DNA of 64,000 nucleotides from a virus (Duplodnaviria; Caudoviricetes): IMG/VR virus record IMGVR_UViG_2859895461_000003, positions 1 to 64,000 of that record; one strand, 5' to 3'. Shown piece by piece: positions 58,497 to 64,000 of this stretch (position 1 is its first letter; each line of letters starts with the position of its first letter). The notes under the pieces were generated by a model. It saw only the letters and a program-made list of their open reading frames with translations, ran no database searches and was not told where the DNA came from. The position numbers and the translations under genes were made by a program.

Positions 58497-59690
58497 TTGT
58501 TTAAGAGGTCTAAATACATAATGAGTATAGAGCGATATGTATTCAAGAAAAAAGTTGTAAATTTAAAATTAAGTAAAAATATTATTAAAAAAGTTCCATT
58601 AGTAATTGTGTATGATAATAGAGATAAAATATATATTGTGCATCCAATATCACAATTTATTTTTGATAATTATTTTAATAGCAAGTTTAATTCTCAAAGG
58701 ATGGCAATTGATAAGGTAATTCCATTTTTAAATTATGTAGTAAGTAAAGGGGTTAAATTATCAGAATTGAGATTTGTTCATGGTGAACGATTTTTGAATA
58801 GTTTATCATTAAATGGATTAGCAAAAAATACAGTTAAAAAGTATGAGCAAGTTTTAACTAAATTTTATTATTGGCTATCAAAAAATAAAATTATAAAAAT
58901 ACAAATTTCTAAATTTATAATTAATGAAAAAGAAAAGTATGTACAATCCCCATTTAAAAAAATAATTTATAATCCTTCGCTCCCAACTAACAATATTATT
59001 CATACAATTAAATTAGAGTTAGTACCTATGTTTTTAGATACTGCTATTAAAGAAACAAATATAATTGCTCTAGGGGTATATTTTCAATTGTTTGGAGGAC
59101 TTAGAAAAGGAGCAATAGTAAACTTAAAAAAATCATCAGTTAATTTAATGGGGGTAAACGGAGAATATGGAATAGAATTAAATATAAAGAAAAATTATTT
59201 TAGGAATGATATAGCAGATTCTTCAGGGTCAACAGAAGTAAAGAAACAAAGAAAACAAATAGTATTAAGTGTAGGAAATAATATACTTACTTATTTATAT
59301 CAAAACCATATAAATAAGTATACTAATAATAAGACAGACGCGTTATTTAGCAACAATAATGGAAAAGCAATGACAGGTGCTAGTTATGAATACTATTTTA
59401 AAAAATTAAGACAAGCTTTTATACGAAGATTATTAGATAGTGATGATATAAGGTTAAATGGATATGGAAAAGTACTATCTACTCAAAAATGGAGTACACA
59501 TATCGGAAGAGGAATTTTTTCTAATATGGTTGCAGAATATTCAAATGAGTTACAGCTTTCTATAATAAGGGGAGATAGTAATGTAAATTCATCACGTATA
59601 TATGTGGAAAAAAGTGAAAAAGCAATTAATAAGATTAGTGATGCATTGAATAAGATGTATTTTGATGTTATAAAGGATTTGAAAGAATGA
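58497..59690 (+). CDS. Tyrosine recombinase
   Basis: FGGLRKG (R), STHIGR (HxxR), RGD...SSRIY (Y). Confidence 0.8.
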   Translation: MFKRSKYIMSIERYVFKKKVVNLKLSKNIIKKVPLVIVYDNRDKIYIVHPISQFIFDNYFNSKFNSQRMAIDKVIPFLNYVVSKGVKLSELRFVHGERFLNSLSLNGLAKNTVKKYEQVLTKFYYWLSKNKIIKIQISKFIINEKEKYVQSPFKKIIYNPSLPTNNIIHTIKLELVPMFLDTAIKETNIIALGVYFQLFGGLRKGAIVNLKKSSVNLMGVNGEYGIELNIKKNYFRNDIADSSGSTEVKKQRKQIVLSVGNNILTYLYQNHINKYTNNKTDALFSNNNGKAMTGASYEYYFKKLRQAFIRRLLDSDDIRLNGYGKVLSTQKWSTHIGRGIFSNMVAEYSNELQLSIIRGDSNVNSSRIYVEKSEKAINKISDALNKMYFDVIKDLKE

Positions 59691-62600
59691 TGAAAGATAA
59701 ATACATATCTATAAAAGAGACTCAAGCTATATTAAGTATGTCAGAATTTAAAGTTAGAAACTTAATTAAATATAAATATATAAAAGTATACATAATTAAT
59801 AATAATGAATGTATGTTAAAAAATGAAGTTATAGATTTTAAAAATAAGTATGATTCAACTATAACTCTAGATGAAATAAGAGAATATCTATATGAAACAG
59901 TATCATTATCTGTAATTAAACACTTTTTAGATAAAAATAACATTAATTATGTTATGAAAGTGGGAAATGGTTTTAGATATAGTAGAAAAGAAGTTAATGA
60001 TATTTTTAATAAAGATATATTAATAAATAAAGCTGAAAAAATAAAAAATAAATATATTACATTTAGAGAAGCTTCAAAAATATTAAATCTATCAAAGAGG
60101 CAAATTAGTACATTAGTACAAAATAAGTTCATTTTATATTTTAATAAGTGCTTTGTTGAAGAAGCATATATTTTAAATATAAAAAAAGAAATGGAAGAAA
60201 GTATAAGTATGGAAGAAATATTTGAACAAATAGGTTCTAATTTTTCTTTAAAAAGGATATCCAATATTTTAAAAATAAATAAAATAGAACCTGTTTGTAA
60301 AATGTTGGGGTATTATAGATATTCTATAAAATCTATAAATAGTATATTTAAGTTAGATAAAATTAAAGGAAAAAAATTAGTTAACTTAAAAGAAGCTTGT
60401 AACTTAATTGAGTGTGGATATGATCAGGTAATTAAATTTATAAAAGAAAAAAAGTTAAATATAATTTTACGATTTAATTCAGAAATATTATTCAATAGGG
60501 AAGAAGTTTTAATTTTAAAGGATAAAATAAATAATTCTTTAAGCATAAAAGATATATGTAATTTAACAGGATATAGTGATATTTGGGTAAGAGATAAGTG
60601 CCAAGAGATTTATAATTGTAAAAGTAAAGGTGTTAAATGGTTAATAGGATCAGATGACATATTGTATTTTTTAGATTCTATTAAATCAAATATAATATTA
60701 ATGTATGAGTCAATGGTAAAGCTAATAAAATATGATAGTACCATTTTTCATGAAATATTTAATAGTGATAAATTAATAAATATAATGAAAAGGTATGGAA
60801 CTTTAAAGTTAAATTCAAAACGTAAAAAGAAAGTTGAAAGGGTTTTAAGTAAGTATTTTGTAAAAATAGATGAGTTAAGTGAAGATATTTTATATTATAA
60901 TATTTTAAATATATCAAAACAATTTATTATAAATTACAATAATGTTTTTTATATAGAAAAGGAAGAATTAAACAAAAACAAAATGTGGGGAGAGATTAAT
61001 AGTAAGGAACATTATATAAATTGCACTAATAATGAACAATTATTAAAATATATAGAAAAGTTAAGAGAAATAAAACAGAATTATTATAGTATAAATAAAA
61101 CTAAAAAATTATTAAATAAAACCGAATTAACTATACTTAAGTATATAAAAGAAAATAAGTTTAAGATTATAAAAAAATGGAATGAAAATTATTATATATG
61201 CAAAGAGGAAGTAGATGAGTATATATTAAAATTAAATAAGATTAATGAAAATAAGACTGATAAAATCAAGAAAAATTTTAAAATTTATACTGATTTTATA
61301 GTTAAAGATGATAAAAGGTATATTTCATCACAAAAGGCATGCACAAAATTGCTTTTAAAATATTCAGCGGTATATAGTTTAATTAGTAATAATAAACTTA
61401 AAAGTATAATTTTAAATAAAAAATTGTATATAGATGAAGATAGTATGTATGCTTATATAAAAAATAATAATTTAGATGATTTTATAAAAAATAATAATTA
61501 TTATTTAAATGGGAAACAAATATTAGCAAAATATAATTTGAAATCTAATGATATTAATAAGATAATGTTGTCTAGTCAAATAACTAGAGTAATAAGATAT
61601 AACGGTATAAGATATATCCATATAAACGAATTAGAAAGCTATTTGAAGTACATGGATGAGTTTAAAAGTAGATATTGTTCTTCAAAAAAAGCGGCAAGCA
61701 TTTTAAATGTAAGTGTAAATACAATAAGAAGATATATAAGAAATTCAATAATTAAAAATAATAAATGTATTAGTGGAAAATATTATGTTAATATTGAAGA
61801 AATATTGGAATTACAAAAAGAAAGAGAGACATCTAAAAATTTAGTTCAAATATTTAAGGATAATATGGATTTGCTTTTGGAATCAACTCAAAAACATAAA
61901 TCTATAGAACTAATGATGGAATACTATAATTATAGACTGACAAAGTTAAATAATAATTATGATATAAAAACATTAAATTCATATGCTTTTCAAACATATA
62001 AATACTTGTTAATCAATATTAGGACAAGCATTTTTAATATTAGTTTAAATGATGTTAAATTTATTACAACTACAAATATACTTAGTAATCCAGCAACTAA
62101 ATATTTAATTTGGTTTCTAAACTATGTTATAGAAAAATATAATGATAAAACAAAAATTAAAAAAAAGATAATTTTTAAAAATAACTATAATAAGATAACA
62201 GAATATCCATATAAAGATAATGAATGGGCGGAATTATCTAGTTATATTACTAATGTACATATTCATAAAAATAAAGCTATTAATAATAAGAAATATGCCA
62301 ATATATGGTTATATTGTGTTTTTCATTTATCAAATGCATGGAGAGCTTCGGATATTATTAGATTGCCAAATTTAAATTTAGGGGTAATTGATTTTGATTA
62401 TTCTAAAATATTAGTAAGAGATCTAAATATTATAGAAGCTAAAGCTTTATTTGATGATATTAAGAATAAATGTATAAACATGAAAATATCTAAAACGTCA
62501 GCGAATATTTTATTAATTATGCCTGAAATTTTATTAATTCCTACTATGACAGCTTATTTTATTTGTGAATTACATCGCAGAAAAGAACAAAAAGATAGTA

Positions 62601-63451
62601 TTTTTTATTGTTTTAGAAAAGGCAAATATGGTAAGAAGAATGATTATGATAATTTTTTTCATGATAGTAAATTTAATAATTCTTTTAGTAATAGGAGGGC
62701 AAATAAGACATTATTAACAAATACAAGAGAGCTTTTTATGAGTAGCCCTGATGATGTATCAGAATCTGTTTATATTCCACAAACGCAAAGAGCACATAAA
62801 TGTATAGATTCTATTAAAAGTTATATAAGCAATAAAGATGCTAATATGTTAGATCAAATTGTAGATAGAGGACATTTTGGGTGGTTATATAAGTATTTAT
62901 TAGGAATAATGTGTGATGAAAACTATAAATACAATACTGTACTGGAAGAAACAAATAATATTGCTTTATTAAAAGCTATACTTACTCCTAAAAATGTTGA
63001 AAGTCTAAGTAAATACTTTTTGAATAGTATTAAAAATAATCAAATAGTAGCAGAGAAAATTTTAAAATGTGATGAAAAAAAATTAACGGAGAAAATACTT
63101 AATGTTTATTTGGGCAAATCTCCTTCCAAAAGTGAATATATAGATTGCTTAAACATTATTCCATGTATGAATCACTGTAAGGATGAATGTTTTAATTGTC
63201 CTCAAAGTCTACCTAGAATACAGTCTATAGTATCAATAAGCTTGTATATTCACTCAGTAATAGCTAGAATCGATTGTATTAGCTTTGAGGATGTTAATAA
63301 TAGAAGAAAGCTATCATCTATTATTATGAAAAACTTACAGCTGTTAAATGAAGCTGTAAGTGAGTTTGGAATGGATTATGTTAATAAATTCATAGATATA
63401 AAAGATTTAAAAAATAAACTTAATCTAATAAATAAAAAGCTTATTATTTAA
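59687..63451 (+). CDS. 1254-aa protein: ~10 tandem Xis/MerR-like wHTH repeats + C-terminal tyrosine-recombinase-like domain
   Basis: Repeats such as YITFREASKILNLSKRQISTLV and YCSSKKAASILNVSVNTIRRYI; AWRASD, RRANK, RAH...SY. Confidence 0.65.
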   Translation: MMKDKYISIKETQAILSMSEFKVRNLIKYKYIKVYIINNNECMLKNEVIDFKNKYDSTITLDEIREYLYETVSLSVIKHFLDKNNINYVMKVGNGFRYSRKEVNDIFNKDILINKAEKIKNKYITFREASKILNLSKRQISTLVQNKFILYFNKCFVEEAYILNIKKEMEESISMEEIFEQIGSNFSLKRISNILKINKIEPVCKMLGYYRYSIKSINSIFKLDKIKGKKLVNLKEACNLIECGYDQVIKFIKEKKLNIILRFNSEILFNREEVLILKDKINNSLSIKDICNLTGYSDIWVRDKCQEIYNCKSKGVKWLIGSDDILYFLDSIKSNIILMYESMVKLIKYDSTIFHEIFNSDKLINIMKRYGTLKLNSKRKKKVERVLSKYFVKIDELSEDILYYNILNISKQFIINYNNVFYIEKEELNKNKMWGEINSKEHYINCTNNEQLLKYIEKLREIKQNYYSINKTKKLLNKTELTILKYIKENKFKIIKKWNENYYICKEEVDEYILKLNKINENKTDKIKKNFKIYTDFIVKDDKRYISSQKACTKLLLKYSAVYSLISNNKLKSIILNKKLYIDEDSMYAYIKNNNLDDFIKNNNYYLNGKQILAKYNLKSNDINKIMLSSQITRVIRYNGIRYIHINELESYLKYMDEFKSRYCSSKKAASILNVSVNTIRRYIRNSIIKNNKCISGKYYVNIEEILELQKERETSKNLVQIFKDNMDLLLESTQKHKSIELMMEYYNYRLTKLNNNYDIKTLNSYAFQTYKYLLINIRTSIFNISLNDVKFITTTNILSNPATKYLIWFLNYVIEKYNDKTKIKKKIIFKNNYNKITEYPYKDNEWAELSSYITNVHIHKNKAINNKKYANIWLYCVFHLSNAWRASDIIRLPNLNLGVIDFDYSKILVRDLNIIEAKALFDDIKNKCINMKISKTSANILLIMPEILLIPTMTAYFICELHRRKEQKDSIFYCFRKGKYGKKNDYDNFFHDSKFNNSFSNRRANKTLLTNTRELFMSSPDDVSESVYIPQTQRAHKCIDSIKSYISNKDANMLDQIVDRGHFGWLYKYLLGIMCDENYKYNTVLEETNNIALLKAILTPKNVESLSKYFLNSIKNNQIVAEKILKCDEKKLTEKILNVYLGKSPSKSEYIDCLNIIPCMNHCKDECFNCPQSLPRIQSIVSISLYIHSVIARIDCISFEDVNNRRKLSSIIMKNLQLLNEAVSEFGMDYVNKFIDIKDLKNKLNLINKKLII

Positions 63452-63472
63452 GATAGGAAGGGATTAAATTTA

Positions 63473-64000
63473 TTGAGTAATAAAATATTAGTAATTAATA
63501 AAAATGAAACTGTGTATGATGAAAGTAAAGTTTTATATGAATATGATTTCAACTGGTTAAAGAATAAAAATATTATTAAAAATGAAAGTTTTAATGATGA
63601 AATTTGGATTATAAAATATTATAATTATAATGCTTATTGCAGGTTTAATAAAGTTAATTATATTAATTTTAAAGATGCGTTAAAAGTATTTCTTATAGAA
63701 GAATTAAAAAATTATTATGATACGAATTATTCTGTTAAAAATATTAATCTTATTATTAAAATTATAAATTTAACGGAAGGATTTAATATTAAGTATATAA
63801 AATCAATAAAATTAAAATTTGCAAGTAATAAAGTAATATCAAAGAGTGCAATTTCTAATGCATGTGTAAAATTTTTGAGCTTTTTAAATAAAGCTGAATA
63901 TGGAGTGTATTTAAATTTTTTTAAACAGTATACCAAAAAAGTTAGTAATATAAGAGAATTGCCTGACTACCAAAGCATAATAGAATTTGATTATTTACTT
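63473..64000 (+). CDS. Third gene of the element (5' part; runs off the window)
   Basis: AGGAAGGG RBS, TTG start, 176 open codons ending IRELPDYQSIIEFDYLL. Confidence 0.65.
   Translation, partial: MSNKILVINKNETVYDESKVLYEYDFNWLKNKNIIKNESFNDEIWIIKYYNYNAYCRFNKVNYINFKDALKVFLIEELKNYYDTNYSVKNINLIIKIINLTEGFNIKYIKSIKLKFASNKVISKSAISNACVKFLSFLNKAEYGVYLNFFKQYTKKVSNIRELPDYQSIIEFDYLL

Larger units (their letters stand above)
58338..64000 (+). mobile_element. Second integrative element with a tyrosine-recombinase-like gene cluster (incomplete in window)
   Basis: pilB frame breaks again after GSGK (TAT CTA TAA); tandem recombinase-like genes; very AT-rich. Confidence 0.75.

Noticed and set aside
1-64000. 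CRISPR array, reverse transcriptase/DGR, rRNA, complete tRNA, neurotoxin genes
   Set aside because: No repeat-spacer periodicity, RT motif, TR/VR pair, full cloverleaf or toxin-cluster ORF was seen.

Overview
AT-rich clostridial DNA (Clostridium botulinum/sporogenes-like by gene content; inference). Almost the whole window is one apparently complete ~57.3 kb siphovirus-type prophage (1060-58324). A large serine integrase inserted it into the Walker A codons (GPT|GSGK) of a PilB/GspE-family ATPase gene. The attL and attR sites, a 2-bp AC core and a symmetric 56-bp attP can be rebuilt from the sequence. Only 13 bp of the host gene resume after attR before a second element begins, with a tyrosine-recombinase-like gene cluster that runs off the window, so the host gene is interrupted twice. 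The prophage has lysogeny, replication, packaging, head, tail and lysis modules. Its cargo includes an Eis-like GNAT, an IS110 remnant, a radical SAM gene, a MuF-metallopeptidase, a C5 methyltransferase and a SIR2 protein. Most notable observations: (1) a post-lysis module with pilin-like and VirB4/HerA-like genes, carrying sigH-, sigK- and sigG-like promoter motifs, an antisense sRNA and a 21-aa peptide; (2) the SIR2 gene is bracketed by two predicted antisense RNAs, one a ~120-nt three-way junction; (3) an XRE gene whose frame is completed only across attP, possibly fused to the integrase by a -1 slip; (4) a 1254-aa protein with ~10 tandem Xis-like HTH repeats fused to a recombinase-like core. 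All calls come from reading the sequence; no database searches were run.
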